A stretch of 64,000 nt of DNA from Roseococcus sp. Lineage in GTDB: Bacteria; Pseudomonadota; Alphaproteobacteria; Acetobacterales; Acetobacteraceae. The stretch spans positions 20,821 through 84,820 of the forward strand of contig JAOAIK010000022.1 of assembly GCA_026414745.1 (NCBI GenBank), given 5' to 3'. Position 1 is the stretch's first letter; each line of letters begins with the position of its first letter. A model generated the notes under the pieces. That model searched no databases and was not told where the DNA came from. It was given only the letters and a program-made list of their open reading frames with translations. The translations under genes were made by a program, and so were the position numbers. Shown here in pieces: positions 46,040 through 56,991 of this stretch.

Positions 46040-46921
46040 ATGACCCCGCATATCCAGGCCTTTTTCGACGAGCCCACCAACACCGTGACCTATCTGGTCG
46101 GCGACCCCGCGACCCGCGAGGCCGCGGTGATCGACCCCGTGCTGGACTGGGACCACAACTCCGGCACGGCCGATGTCCGCTCGGCCGAGGCGGTGCTGGC
46201 CGCCGCCCGCGCCGGCGGCTGGCGCATCACCCATCTGCTGGAGACCCACGCCCACGCCGACCACCTCTCCGGCGCGCCCTACCTCAAGGCGCACACCGGC
46301 GCGAAGATCGGCATCGGCGAGCACATCAAGGAGGTGCAGCGCATCTTCCGCCCCGTGTTCAACATGGAGGGGCTGACGCCCGACGGCGGCGATTTCGACC
46401 TGCTCTTCCGCGACGGCGAGGTGTTCCAGGTGGGCGCGCTGCGCGTCGAGGTGATGCATCTGCCCGGCCACACCCCCGCCTGCGTGGCCTATCGCGTGAA
46501 CGACGCCGACGTGTTCGTGGGCGACACGATCTTCATGCACGACTACGGCACCGCGCGGGCCGATTTCCCGGGCGGCGACGCGCGCACCCTCTACCGCTCC
46601 ATCCGCCGGCTGCTCGCGCTGCCGCCCGAGACGCGGCTGTGGATGTGCCACGACTACAAGGCCCCGGGCCGGGACCACTACGCCTGGCAGAGCACGGTGG
46701 CCGAGGAGCGCGCGCACAACCCGCATGTGAAGGACGGCATGACGGAGGAGGCGTTCGTCGCCTTCCGCACGGCGCGCGACGCGCAGCTCGCCGCGCCCCG
46801 GCTGCTGCTGCCCTCCATCCAGGTGAACATCCGCGCCGGGCGATTCCCGGAGGCGGAGAGCAACGGCGTGCGCTACCTCAAGGTGCCGGTGCGCGCCGCC
46901 CAGGGGGTCGTGCTGGCCTGA
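46040..46921 (+). CDS. MBL-fold persulfide dioxygenase (ETHE1/Blh-like, type II PDO)
   Basis: 293 aa. HAHADH metal motif, later His/Asp ligands (HLPGHTP, FMHDYG), and a C-terminal extension typical of proteobacterial PDOs. Confidence 0.85.
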   Translation: MTPHIQAFFDEPTNTVTYLVGDPATREAAVIDPVLDWDHNSGTADVRSAEAVLAAARAGGWRITHLLETHAHADHLSGAPYLKAHTGAKIGIGEHIKEVQRIFRPVFNMEGLTPDGGDFDLLFRDGEVFQVGALRVEVMHLPGHTPACVAYRVNDADVFVGDTIFMHDYGTARADFPGGDARTLYRSIRRLLALPPETRLWMCHDYKAPGRDHYAWQSTVAEERAHNPHVKDGMTEEAFVAFRTARDAQLAAPRLLLPSIQVNIRAGRFPEAESNGVRYLKVPVRAAQGVVLA

Positions 46922-46941
46922 GCCGCCCCGCCGCGGGGCGA

Positions 46942-47925
46942 TCACGCGGTCGCGGGCGGGCGTGGCGGCGGGATCGCTTCCTCGAGGCCGGGCTCGGCGA
47001 TGCTGGACGGGTCGAGGTTCGCCCCGCAGACCAGCACGCCGATCCGCGCCCCGGGCGGCGGCGTCCAGGCGCCGCAGAGCAGGGCGGCCAGCGCCGTGGC
47101 GCCGCCCGGTTCGGCGGCGATCCGCGCCTCCTGCCACAGGGCCCGCTGGGCGGAGCGGATGGCCGCGTCCGGCACGGTCACGGGCCGCAGCCGCCCCGCC
47201 CCGTGCAGCCGCGCCGCCAGCGGGAACATCAGCGCCCCCGCCTGGCGCGCGCCCAGGCTGTCGGCGGCGATACCGCCGACCGGCGCGGGCACGGGCCGCC
47301 CCGCCGCCAGGGCGGCGTTGAGGCAGGGGCAGCCCTCGGGCTCCACCGCCACCAGCGTCACCCCGGACTCCGCGTGCCAGGCGGCCGCCCCGCCGATCAG
47401 CCCGCCGCCGCCCACCGCCACCAGGAGATGCGTGAGCGCGGGCGCCTGCTCCTCCCATTCCCGGAACAGCGTGCCCTGGCCGGCCAGCACCTCGGCCTGG
47501 TCATAGGCGTGGATGAGCAGCGCGCCGGTTTCCGCGGCGCGCGCCTCGCTCGCCGCGCGCGCCTCGTCATAGCGCGCGCCCCCCACCACCAGCCGCGCGC
47601 CCAGGGCGGCGATGCGGGCGCGCTTGGCGGGGGCGGCGATCTCGGGGACGAAGATCTCGGCGGGCAGGCCGAGGCGCGCGGCGGCCGTGGCCACCGCCAC
47701 CCCGTGATTGCCGCCCGAGGCCGCCACCACCCCTGCCGCCGGGGCGCCGGCGGCGCGCAGCGCGTGGAAGGCCCCGCGCGGCTTGAAGCTGCCCGCCACC
47801 TGCAACTGCTCCAGCTTCAGGGTCAGCGGCCATCCGGCCAGGTCGAGATCCAGGATCGGCGTGCGCCGGACATCCCCGGCGATGCGGCGGGCGGCGGAGG
47901 CGATGGCGTCGCGGTCAATGCTCAT
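46942..47925 (-). CDS. PLP-dependent threonine/serine dehydratase family protein
   Basis: Start at MSIDRDAIASAARRI. PLP lysine in AGSFKPRGA. Glycine loop VAVGGGGLIGG. Confidence 0.85.
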   Translation of the reverse strand: MSIDRDAIASAARRIAGDVRRTPILDLDLAGWPLTLKLEQLQVAGSFKPRGAFHALRAAGAPAAGVVAASGGNHGVAVATAAARLGLPAEIFVPEIAAPAKRARIAALGARLVVGGARYDEARAASEARAAETGALLIHAYDQAEVLAGQGTLFREWEEQAPALTHLLVAVGGGGLIGGAAAWHAESGVTLVAVEPEGCPCLNAALAAGRPVPAPVGGIAADSLGARQAGALMFPLAARLHGAGRLRPVTVPDAAIRSAQRALWQEARIAAEPGGATALAALLCGAWTPPPGARIGVLVCGANLDPSSIAEPGLEEAIPPPRPPATA

Positions 47926-48010
47926 GGCCCCGGCGAAGCACCGCCCCGGCCGCGCCGCAAGCGCCGCTTTCGCCCCGGCCCCATTCCTGCCATAAACCCC
48001 CGGTTCGGAG

Positions 48011-48472
48011 ATGACGGCAGCCGGGATGCTCCTGCACGGAAGCTGCGTGGCGCTCAGCGAGACAGGCATTTTGTTGCTGGCGCCCTCGGGCGGCGGGAAA
48101 TCGGACTTGGCACTGCGGCTGATCGGCCGCGGGGCGCGGCTGGTGGCCGATGACCAGGTCCGGCTCTCGGCCGAGGCGGGGGGGCTGCGCGCCGCCCCGC
48201 CCCCGGCGCTGGAGGGGCGGATCGAGCTGCGCGGCCTCGGCCTCATGGCCGGGCTGCCCTGGGTGTCCGCGCGGCTCGGCCTCGTGCTCGATCTCGTCCC
48301 GCCCGGCGCGGTGGCCCGGCTGCCCGAGCCCGCGCGCTGGGAGGCGCTGGGCGTCGTCCTGCCCCGGCTCGCGCTCGATCCGCGCGTGCCCTCCGCGCCG
48401 GACCTCGTTCTGGCCGCCGTGGCGGCGCTCGAGGGGCGCTGGCGCTGCACCGCCGGGGCGCTGGCGGCATGA
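48011..48472 (+). CDS. hprK: HPr kinase/phosphorylase, short alphaproteobacterial form
   Basis: 153 aa. P-loop APSGGGKSD. It lacks the N-terminal domain, as is typical in Alphaproteobacteria. Confidence 0.85.
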   Translation: MTAAGMLLHGSCVALSETGILLLAPSGGGKSDLALRLIGRGARLVADDQVRLSAEAGGLRAAPPPALEGRIELRGLGLMAGLPWVSARLGLVLDLVPPGAVARLPEPARWEALGVVLPRLALDPRVPSAPDLVLAAVAALEGRWRCTAGALAA

Positions 48473-49452
48473 GCGCGCCGGCCGCCCCCCGCCCGCTGGT
48501 GCTGGTCACCGGGCTGTCCGGCGCGGGCAAGCAGTCCATCCTGCGCGTGCTCGAGGATCTCGGCTACGAGACGGTGGACAACCCGCCGCTGGCGATGCTG
48601 GAAACCCTGCTGGGCGAGGGCAGCGCCCCGCTCGCCGCCGGCATCGACGCGCGCAGCCGCGGCTTCGAGCCGGAGCGCGCGCTGGCCCTCATCGCCCGGC
48701 TGCGCGCCGATCCGGCCGTGCAGGTGAACCTGATCTACGCCACCGCCGAGGAGGCGGTGCTGCTGCGCCGCTACACCGAGACGCGCCGCCGCCACCCGCT
48801 GGCGCGCGGCGAGCGCGTGCAGGACGGGATCGCGCGCGAGGCCGCGCTGCTCGCCCCGCTGCGCGAGGCGGCCGACTGCGTGGTGGACACCTCCGACCTG
48901 CCGCTGCCCGAGCTGCGGCGGATGATCGAGGGGCGCTACGGGCTGGAGGGCGGGCCGGGCCTCAACCTGCTGGTGCAGTCCTTCGCCTTCCCCAAGGGCC
49001 TGCCGCGCGAGGCCGATCTCGTCTTCGACGTGCGCTTCCTGCAGAACCCGCACTACGACCCGGTGCTGCGGCCGATGACGGGGCAGGACGCGCCGGTGGC
49101 CGCCTTCGTCGCCGCCGACGCCGACTTCCCAGCCTTCTGGGAGCGCCTCTCGGGCTTCGTCGCGCCGCTGCTGCCGCGCTATGTGGCCGAGGGCAAGAAA
49201 TACCTCACCATCGCCATCGGCTGCTCGGGCGGGCGGCACCGTTCCGTCTTCGTGGCGGAGAAGCTGGCCGACCATCTCCGGCGGCAGGGCTGGCGTGTCG
49301 AGGTCGCGCATCGCGAACTCGAGGGCGGCCGTGCTATGATGACAAGATACGGGCGAGACGAGACGGCGCCCGGCGAGAGCGAACATGACACCGGCGCCTC
49401 CGCGCCCCCATCCCCCCTTTCCATGACCACCACCGCAGAAGACAGCAGATGA
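48469..49452 (+). CDS. rapZ: RNase adapter protein RapZ (YhbJ, P-loop NTPase)
   Basis: VLVTGLSGAGKQS Walker A and a C-terminal GCSGGRHRSV motif. It has about 40 extra C-terminal residues. 4-nt overlaps on both sides. Confidence 0.9.
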   Translation: MSAPAAPRPLVLVTGLSGAGKQSILRVLEDLGYETVDNPPLAMLETLLGEGSAPLAAGIDARSRGFEPERALALIARLRADPAVQVNLIYATAEEAVLLRRYTETRRRHPLARGERVQDGIAREAALLAPLREAADCVVDTSDLPLPELRRMIEGRYGLEGGPGLNLLVQSFAFPKGLPREADLVFDVRFLQNPHYDPVLRPMTGQDAPVAAFVAADADFPAFWERLSGFVAPLLPRYVAEGKKYLTIAIGCSGGRHRSVFVAEKLADHLRRQGWRVEVAHRELEGGRAMMTRYGRDETAPGESEHDTGASAPPSPLSMTTTAEDSR

Positions 49453-49892
49453 TCGGGCTGGTGCTCGTCACGCACGGGCGCCTCGCCCTCGAGTTGCGCC
49501 ACGCCATGGAGCATGTGGTCGGCCCGCAGCAGGCCGTGGCCACCGTCTGCATCGGCCCCGACGACGACATGGAGGGCCGCCGCGCCGACATCCGCGCACG
49601 CATCGCCGACGTGGACCAGGGCGATGGCGTGGTGCTGCTGACCGATATCGCGGGCGGCACGCCCTCCAATCTCGCGCTCTCGCTGGCCGATCACCGGCGG
49701 GTGGAGGTCATCGCGGGGGTGAACCTTCCGCTGCTGGTCAAACTCGCGAAGATCCGGGGCACGGAGCCGCTGGCCCAGGCGGTGGAGCACGCCACCATGG
49801 CGGGCCGGAAATACATCGCCTGCCCGGGCGACCTCGCCGGCAACGGTGCCGCGCCCCCCTCCGGCAGCGACGGGAGCGAGGGCAGCGCATGA
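49449..49892 (+). CDS. PTS EIIA component, mannose/fructose family (EIIA-Ntr-associated ManX-like)
   Basis: MIGLVLVTHGRLALEL contains the active-site His. LTDIAGGTP motif. Confidence 0.88.
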   Translation: MIGLVLVTHGRLALELRHAMEHVVGPQQAVATVCIGPDDDMEGRRADIRARIADVDQGDGVVLLTDIAGGTPSNLALSLADHRRVEVIAGVNLPLLVKLAKIRGTEPLAQAVEHATMAGRKYIACPGDLAGNGAAPPSGSDGSEGSA

Positions 49893-50254
49893 ACGAATGG
49901 CCGACCGAGGAGGGCGAGGCCACGCCGCAACTCGCCTCCGCCGCCGAGACCCCCTTCGCCGCCGCCCCGCCGGGCGCGACCTCGGTGGTGCTGCGCCGGA
50001 CGGTGCGGATCGTGAACAGCCGCGGCCTGCATGCGCGCGCCGCCGCGAAGCTGGTGGGCATGGCCGAGCGTTTCGGCGCCTGCCTGAAGGTCTCGCGCGG
50101 CGGGCAGACGGTGCCGGCCTGCTCCATCATGGGGTTGATGATGCTGGGTGCCGGCCAAGGCAGCGAGATCACCATCGAGGCCGAGGGCTGGGACGCGCGC
50201 GAGGCGCTGGAGGCGGTGGCCGGGCTGGTCGAGGCCGGCTTCCATGAAGACTGA
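49889..50254 (+). CDS. ptsH: HPr-family phosphocarrier protein (NPr-like) with a 30-aa N-terminal extension
   Basis: NSRGLHARAAA (His15 equivalent) and SIMGLMMLGA (Ser46 equivalent). ATGA overlap with the EIIA gene. Confidence 0.88.
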   Translation: MNEWPTEEGEATPQLASAAETPFAAAPPGATSVVLRRTVRIVNSRGLHARAAAKLVGMAERFGACLKVSRGGQTVPACSIMGLMMLGAGQGSEITIEAEGWDAREALEAVAGLVEAGFHED

Positions 50255-52097
50255 GGGGCCGCCCCGGCCCGAACCTCTCCGCGGCGCCGAGGAGCGCCGC
50301 AAGACACCGCGCGCGCCCAAGCCCGCGGAGCCCGAGAAGCGCCTGAGCGGCATCCCCGTCTCGCCCGGGATCGCGATCGGGCAGGTCTACGACACCACCG
50401 AGGCGGTGCCCGAGGCGCCGCGCCGCAGCATCACCGAGGCCGAGGTGGAGGCCGAGCGCACCCGCCTTTCGGAGGCGGCCGCCGCCTCGCGCAAGCAGGT
50501 GGCCAAGCTCAAGGCGCGGCTCGCCATCCTGCCCGAGGAGGCGCAGGAGGAGCTGGAGCCGCTGCTCGACGCCTACATCCTCATGCTCGGCAACTCCCGC
50601 CTGCTGCGCGGCGCGCGCAAGCGCATCGGCGAGGAGCTGCTCTCCGCCGAGACGGCGGTGCAGGACGAGGCCGAGGCCATCGCCGCCGCCATCCTCGCCA
50701 CGAAGGACGACGACAAGGCCGGCCTCACCCGCCGCGTCGGCGAGGTGCGCGAGATCGCCCGGCGGCTGGTGCGCAACCTCACCGCCACACCCTTCCGCTC
50801 GCTCAAGGGCGTGCCGCAGGGCGCGATCCTGGTGACGGAGGAACTCACCCCCGCCGATGCCGCGCTGCTCGAGCCGGGGCGCATCGCGGCCGTCTGCACC
50901 GAGGAGGGGGGCGCGGACGGCCACACCGCCATCATGCTGCGCGCGCTCGGCATCCCCGCGGTGCTGGGCTGCCATGGCCTGACCGCTGCGGCGAAGCGGG
51001 GCGATGCGGCGGTGGTGGACGGCGCGGCCGGCTTCCTCGCGCTGCACCCCACGGCCGAGACGCTCGCCGCCGCGCGCGAGGGCCTCGCCGCCCAGGCGAA
51101 GGAGCGCGCGCGCCTCGGCAAGCTGCGCCGCCTGCCGGCCGAGACGACGGACGGGCAGCTCGTCGAGCTGCAGGCCAATCTCGAAATCCCGGCCGAGCTG
51201 CCGCTGCTCGACCAGGCGGGCGCGCAGGGCATCGGCCTGCTGCGCACCGAGTTCCTGTTCATGAACCGGCCCGACCCGCCGGACGAGGACGACCAGGTCT
51301 CCGCCTACCGCATGATCGTGGAGGCCATGGGCCATGACCCCGTGACCATCCGCGTGCTCGACTGGGGCGGCGAGAAGGAGATCGAGGGGCTGGCCGACAC
51401 GCTGCCCGCCCCGGTGGGCCCCAATCCGGCGCTCGGCCTGCGCGGCATCCGCCTGCTGCTGAAGAAGCCCGAGCTGCTGGAGGAGCAGTTCGCCGCCATC
51501 CTGCGCGTCTCGGGCCTCGGCAATGTGCGGGTGCTGCTGCCCATGGTGACGGTGCCGGCCGAGGTGGCCGCGGCGCGCGAGATCTACGAGCGCGTGGCCC
51601 GCCGCCTGCGCCGGCGCGGCGAGAGCCTGCCCGAGAAGCTGCCGCCGCTCGGCGCCATGATCGAGACGCCGGGGGCCGCGCTGGCCGCGGACGCCATCGC
51701 GCTGGAGGCGGATTTCTTCGCCATCGGCACCAATGACCTCGCCATGTACACGCTGGCGGTGGACCGCGCCGAGATCGACGTCGCGCATCTCTACGACCCG
51801 CTGCACCCGGCGGTGCTGCGGCTGATGCAGTTCGCCATCGAGGCCGCGCTCAGGCTGCGCATGCCCGTCTCGGTCTGCGGCGAAATGGCGGGCAACCCGA
51901 AGCTCGTGCCGCTGCTGCTCGGCCTCGGGCTGCGCTCGCTCTCGATGAACGCGAGCGCCATCCCGCGCGTGAAGCAGGCGGTGCGCGCCCTCGACATCGA
52001 CGACTGCGCGCGCTTCGCCCGGCGCGTGATGGAGCAGAGCGACCCCCAGCGCATCGCCGAGCTGGTGGAGGAGTTCGGCCGGCGCGAGGAACGCTGA
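50244..52097 (+). CDS. ptsI: Phosphoenolpyruvate-protein phosphotransferase (Enzyme I) without a GAF domain
   Basis: Start at MKTEGPP (ATG at 50244, an 11-nt overlap with the HPr gene). Motifs GIPVSPGIAIG, GGADGHTAIMLRALGIPAV (active His) and CGEMAG. Confidence 0.9.
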   Translation: MKTEGPPRPEPLRGAEERRKTPRAPKPAEPEKRLSGIPVSPGIAIGQVYDTTEAVPEAPRRSITEAEVEAERTRLSEAAAASRKQVAKLKARLAILPEEAQEELEPLLDAYILMLGNSRLLRGARKRIGEELLSAETAVQDEAEAIAAAILATKDDDKAGLTRRVGEVREIARRLVRNLTATPFRSLKGVPQGAILVTEELTPADAALLEPGRIAAVCTEEGGADGHTAIMLRALGIPAVLGCHGLTAAAKRGDAAVVDGAAGFLALHPTAETLAAAREGLAAQAKERARLGKLRRLPAETTDGQLVELQANLEIPAELPLLDQAGAQGIGLLRTEFLFMNRPDPPDEDDQVSAYRMIVEAMGHDPVTIRVLDWGGEKEIEGLADTLPAPVGPNPALGLRGIRLLLKKPELLEEQFAAILRVSGLGNVRVLLPMVTVPAEVAAAREIYERVARRLRRRGESLPEKLPPLGAMIETPGAALAADAIALEADFFAIGTNDLAMYTLAVDRAEIDVAHLYDPLHPAVLRLMQFAIEAALRLRMPVSVCGEMAGNPKLVPLLLGLGLRSLSMNASAIPRVKQAVRALDIDDCARFARRVMEQSDPQRIAELVEEFGRREER

Positions 52098-52109
52098 CGC
52101 GGCGCGGGC

Positions 52110-53060
<951 letters not shown>

Positions 53061-53232
53061 GGGCGGGGACTCCGGTGCGGGCCGGGCGGGCGGCCCGGCA
53101 TCGTGGTGCAGGTGACCATGATGTAATGGGCCGATCGCTGCTGTCGATTCCCGACAGCGGGACGATTCGTCCCGCCGGATCGCAGACCGGCGCCGCGCGC
53201 GCCGGCGATGCCGGACGCGCCGCCGCGCCCCG

Positions 53233-54492
53233 TCACGGCGCGGGGAGAACCACCCCCGCGCAGGGGCCGAAGCCGATGGGGACGGCGCCCTCGCGCCGCG
53301 CCCGGGCCGTCAGCACCACCTCGTCGCCGTCCTCGAGGAAGGCGCGCGTCTCGCCGCTGGCGAGGCGGAGCGGCTCGCGCCCGGCGGCGGTGGTCTCGAG
53401 CAGCGAGCCATAGGCCGCGCGCTCCGGCCCGCTGATGGTGCCCGTGCCCAGCAGGTCTCCGGGCTGCAGGTTGCAGCCGTTGCTCGTGTGGTGCGCCACG
53501 AGCTGCGCCGGCGTGTAGTAGAGGTGGCGGGCGTGGCTCGCCGCCACGCGGTGCGGCGGCAGCCCCCGCGCGCGCAGCCCCGGGGTGTGCAGCCAGACCT
53601 CCAGCTCGAGGTCGAGCGCGCCGCCCGCCTGGTCCGCCTCGTCCCAGAGATAGGGCAGCGGCCGCGGATCGCCCTCCGGCCGCGGGGCCTGGGGCAGGCG
53701 GAAGGGCGCGAGCGCCTCGGGCGTCACGATCCAGGGGCTGATGGTGGTGGCGAAGGATTTGCCGAGGAAGGGGCCGAGCGGCTGATACTCCCAGCCCTGG
53801 ATGTCGCGCGCCGACCAGTCGTTCAGCAGGCAGAAGCCGGCGATGTGTTCGGCCGCGCGGGAGATCGGGACGGGCTCGCCCAGCGCGTTGCCGGGGCCGA
53901 TGAAGAGCCCGAGCTCCAGCTCGTAGTCGAGGCGCTGCGAGGGGCCGAAGCTCGGGCCCTCCGCCCCCGCGCGCTGGCCGTTCGGCCGGCGGATGGGCGT
54001 GCCGCTCGGCACGACGGAGGAGGCGCGGCCGTGATAGCCGACGGGCAGATGCTTGTAGTTGGGCAGCAGCGGGTTGTCCGGGCGGAACAGCCGGCCGGCG
54101 GCGACGGCGTGATGGATGCCCGCGTAGAAATCCGTGTAGTCGCCGATGCGCACGGGCAGATGCAGCGTCACCTCGCGCTGCGGGTGCAGCCATTCGGGAT
54201 GCGGCGTCGCCCCCTGCGCGAGCAGGGCGCTGACCCGCGCGCGCAGCACCCGCCGCGCCGCCGCCCCCTCCGCCAGGAAGGCGTTGAGCGGCACGGGCAG
54301 GGCGAGCCCGGCGGCGGCGAGATCGAGCACCATCTCGCCGATCGCCACGCCCGCGCGCGGCGCGCCGCCCGGCGGCGAGAAGACGCCGAGCGGCAGGTTC
54401 TGGATGGGGAAGTCGGGGTGGCCGTTGGCGCTCTCCACCCAGGAACGCAGCGCGGGATCCTGCGTCGCGTCGGTCACGGGCGCCCGGCTCAC
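53233..54492 (-). CDS. fahA: Fumarylacetoacetase
   Basis: GTG start ([10 protein letters not shown]) with a GTGA overlap onto the hmgA stop. [12 protein letters not shown]-terminus and a FAH-fold C-terminal domain (DYELELG). Confidence 0.9.
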   Translation of the reverse strand: MSRAPVTDATQDPALRSWVESANGHPDFPIQNLPLGVFSPPGGAPRAGVAIGEMVLDLAAAGLALPVPLNAFLAEGAAARRVLRARVSALLAQGATPHPEWLHPQREVTLHLPVRIGDYTDFYAGIHHAVAAGRLFRPDNPLLPNYKHLPVGYHGRASSVVPSGTPIRRPNGQRAGAEGPSFGPSQRLDYELELGLFIGPGNALGEPVPISRAAEHIAGFCLLNDWSARDIQGWEYQPLGPFLGKSFATTISPWIVTPEALAPFRLPQAPRPEGDPRPLPYLWDEADQAGGALDLELEVWLHTPGLRARGLPPHRVAASHARHLYYTPAQLVAHHTSNGCNLQPGDLLGTGTISGPERAAYGSLLETTAAGREPLRLASGETRAFLEDGDEVVLTARARREGAVPIGFGPCAGVVLPAP

Positions 54493-55817
54493 GGGCGCGC
54501 CGGGTCGAAATGGCGCTTGAGGGCGCGGCCGTAGTGCTCGTAGCCGCGCTCGCGCTCCGCGATCCCCGCCGCCCAGTCGGTGACGCGCTGGGGCAGGCGC
54601 GTCTCGAACATGAAGGCCATGGTGCCCTCGAGCTTGTGCGGGCGGAGCTCGGCGCGGCTTGCGCCCTCGAAGGCGTCCGCGTCCGGGCCGTGCGGCAGCA
54701 TGCGGTTGTGCAGCGAGATGCCGCCCGGCTTGAAGCCCTCGGGCTTCGCGTCGTACTGGCCGTAGATCAGCCCCATGAACTCGCTCATCACGTTCATGTG
54801 ATACCAGGGCGGGCGGAAGGTGTTCTCCGCCACCATCCAGCGGTCGGGGAAGATCACGAAATCGACGTTCGCGGTGCCCGGCGTCTCGGAGGGGGCGGTC
54901 AGCACGGTGAAGATGCTCGGATCCGCGTGGTCGAAGAGCAGCGGGCCGACCGGCGAGAAGCGCCGCAGGTCGTACTTGTAGGGCGCGTAGTTGCCGTGCC
55001 AGGCCACCACATCGAGGGGGCTCCAGGGCAGTTCCGTCTCCCACAGCCGGCCGCCCCACTTCACGGTGAGGCGATGCGGCGTCTCGCGGTCCTCGTAGTG
55101 GGCGACGGGGGTGAGGAAGTCGCGCGGGTTGGCGAGGCAGTTGGCGCCGATGGGCCCGCGTTCGGGCAGGGTGAAGGCGCCGCCGTAGTTCTCGCAGAGA
55201 TAGCCGCGCGAGGGGCCCTCCACGTCCACCGCGAACTTCACCCCGCGCGGGATCACGGCGATCTCGCCCGGCGCGATGTGGATGCGGCCGAACTCCGTGC
55301 GCAGCAGCAGCGCCCCCATCTGCGGCACCAGCAGCATCTCGGCGTCGGCGTTCCAGAACACCTCGTCCGTCATGCTGCGGTCGCAGAGCCAGAGCGAGGC
55401 AGCCATGCCGGCGGCCGCGTCGGAATCGCCCGCCGTGGTGACGGTGCGGATGCCCTCGATGAAGGTGCCGGCCTTCTCGGGCACCGGCACGGGGGCCCAG
55501 CGATAGGGGGCGGGGGGCAGGTCGCGCCCCTCCTCGCAGGGCGCGCTGCGCCACAGGCCCGGCGCCCGCGGGCGCAGGCTGTTCCAGTGCGCGATGGTGG
55601 GGCGGATGCGGTAGAGCCAGCTCCGCTCGTTGCTGGCGCGCGGGGCGGTGAAGGGCGAGCCGGAGAGCTGTTCGGCGTAGAGCCCATAGGCGCAGCGCTG
55701 CGGCGAGTTGCGCCCGACCGGAAGCGCGCCCGGCAGCGCCTCCGTCTCGAAGCCGTTGCCGAAGCCCGACATGTAGCCCGCCGTCTCGACGGCGGCGCTG
55801 GGCTGGATCACGTTCAT
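54489..55817 (-). CDS. hmgA: Homogentisate 1,2-dioxygenase
   Basis: 442 aa. [20 protein letters not shown]-terminus, colinear with HmgA. Confidence 0.95.
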   Translation of the reverse strand: MNVIQPSAAVETAGYMSGFGNGFETEALPGALPVGRNSPQRCAYGLYAEQLSGSPFTAPRASNERSWLYRIRPTIAHWNSLRPRAPGLWRSAPCEEGRDLPPAPYRWAPVPVPEKAGTFIEGIRTVTTAGDSDAAAGMAASLWLCDRSMTDEVFWNADAEMLLVPQMGALLLRTEFGRIHIAPGEIAVIPRGVKFAVDVEGPSRGYLCENYGGAFTLPERGPIGANCLANPRDFLTPVAHYEDRETPHRLTVKWGGRLWETELPWSPLDVVAWHGNYAPYKYDLRRFSPVGPLLFDHADPSIFTVLTAPSETPGTANVDFVIFPDRWMVAENTFRPPWYHMNVMSEFMGLIYGQYDAKPEGFKPGGISLHNRMLPHGPDADAFEGASRAELRPHKLEGTMAFMFETRLPQRVTDWAAGIAERERGYEHYGRALKRHFDPARP

Positions 55818-55876
55818 GGCTGGTTCCTCCGCGTGGTGCGCAGTTTACCGCGCCGCGGGCGGGCGGGCGAAGGGGC

Positions 55877-56821
55877 TCAGCGCGGCGCCTCGCCGGCCTC
55901 GGCCTCGCAGGCGTCCAGCACGGCCTCGAAACGGGCGCGCTGGTCGGGGGTGAGGCGCTTGCGCCGGGCCGCCTCCAGCAGCCCCGGCTCGGGCGCGAGG
56001 CGCCCCACCGCGCAGGCGGCATAGGCGGCGCAGACCGGGGCCGGGTCGCCCGCCGCCGCGCAATCGGCCTGCAGCGCCGCACGCCAGCCCTCCCGCAGCG
56101 CGGCGGGCGAGGGTGCGGCGAGCTGCGCCGCCAGCATCAGCGCGCCGATGAAGACCGGCTGATGCAGCAGGTAGATCGGCAGGCTGCGCCGCCCCGCCCA
56201 GGCGAAGGCGCGCAGGAGCCGCCCCGGCGACCTGCCGCCCCCCGCGACGGGCAGCCGCCGCCCCGCCACCAGCCCGAGCAGCATCCAGCCCCACCAGGGC
56301 AGCAGCGGCACATGATCGAGCGCCGCCGAGGGCTCGGGCGAGAGGCCGAGCCAGGCCCAGCCCGGCGCGGCGAAGACGGGGTGGCGCAGCAGGAAGGGCA
56401 GCGCCAGCACGGCGGCGGCGAGCGCGAGCAGCAGCGCATCGGGGGCGCGGCGCAGCGGCCAGGCGAGCAGGCTGCCCAGCGCGATGGCATGCAGGATGCC
56501 GAACACCACCATGTTCGCCGGCGCGAACCAGGCGGTGGCGAGGCTGACCAGCGCCGCCGCGGCCGCGATGCGCCCCACCCGGCGCAGCGCCTCTCGCCAC
56601 CCCGCCCCCGTCCGCGCCGCCAGGGCGAGGCTCATCCCGGAGACGACCAGGAAGGTGACGGTGGTGGCGCGGGCCAGCGCCGTCCAGCCCGGATGGGTGG
56701 CGATGTCGGTCTCGATCCAGCCGAAGAGGCTGAGATCCCAGGCGCCGTGATACAGCGCCATCGGGATCAGCGCCGCGCCCCGCGCGGCGTCCAGCCAGGG
56801 CAGGCGCGCCGCCACCGCCAC
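55877..56821 (-). CDS. DUF1624 (heparan-alpha-glucosaminide N-acetyltransferase-like) membrane protein
   Basis: GTG start. RLPWLDAARGAALIPMALYH motif. Many TM helices and a Cys-containing C-terminal soluble tail. Confidence 0.75.
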   Translation of the reverse strand: MAVAARLPWLDAARGAALIPMALYHGAWDLSLFGWIETDIATHPGWTALARATTVTFLVVSGMSLALAARTGAGWREALRRVGRIAAAAALVSLATAWFAPANMVVFGILHAIALGSLLAWPLRRAPDALLLALAAAVLALPFLLRHPVFAAPGWAWLGLSPEPSAALDHVPLLPWWGWMLLGLVAGRRLPVAGGGRSPGRLLRAFAWAGRRSLPIYLLHQPVFIGALMLAAQLAAPSPAALREGWRAALQADCAAAGDPAPVCAAYAACAVGRLAPEPGLLEAARRKRLTPDQRARFEAVLDACEAEAGEAPR

Positions 56822-56991
56822 GCCCTTCAGGGCCTGACCCGGATGGGCCTCGGCGCGATCCGGCGGCGCTGCTCCGCCCCGGCGGCCCTGCCCGGCTGGC
56901 CGAAGCCGCCCGCATCGGCGGCGCCGCGCGCCGTCCCGGGGCGGAGACTCCCTCGCCGGCGCATCGCCGAACCCCCTTCCGGATCAGGCTC

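Noticed and set aside
53233-55817. The hmgA-fahA pair lacks hppD and maleylacetoacetate isomerase; considered as a possible pathway gap.
   Set aside because: These genes are frequently unlinked in bacteria. Their absence from a 64-kb window is not informative.
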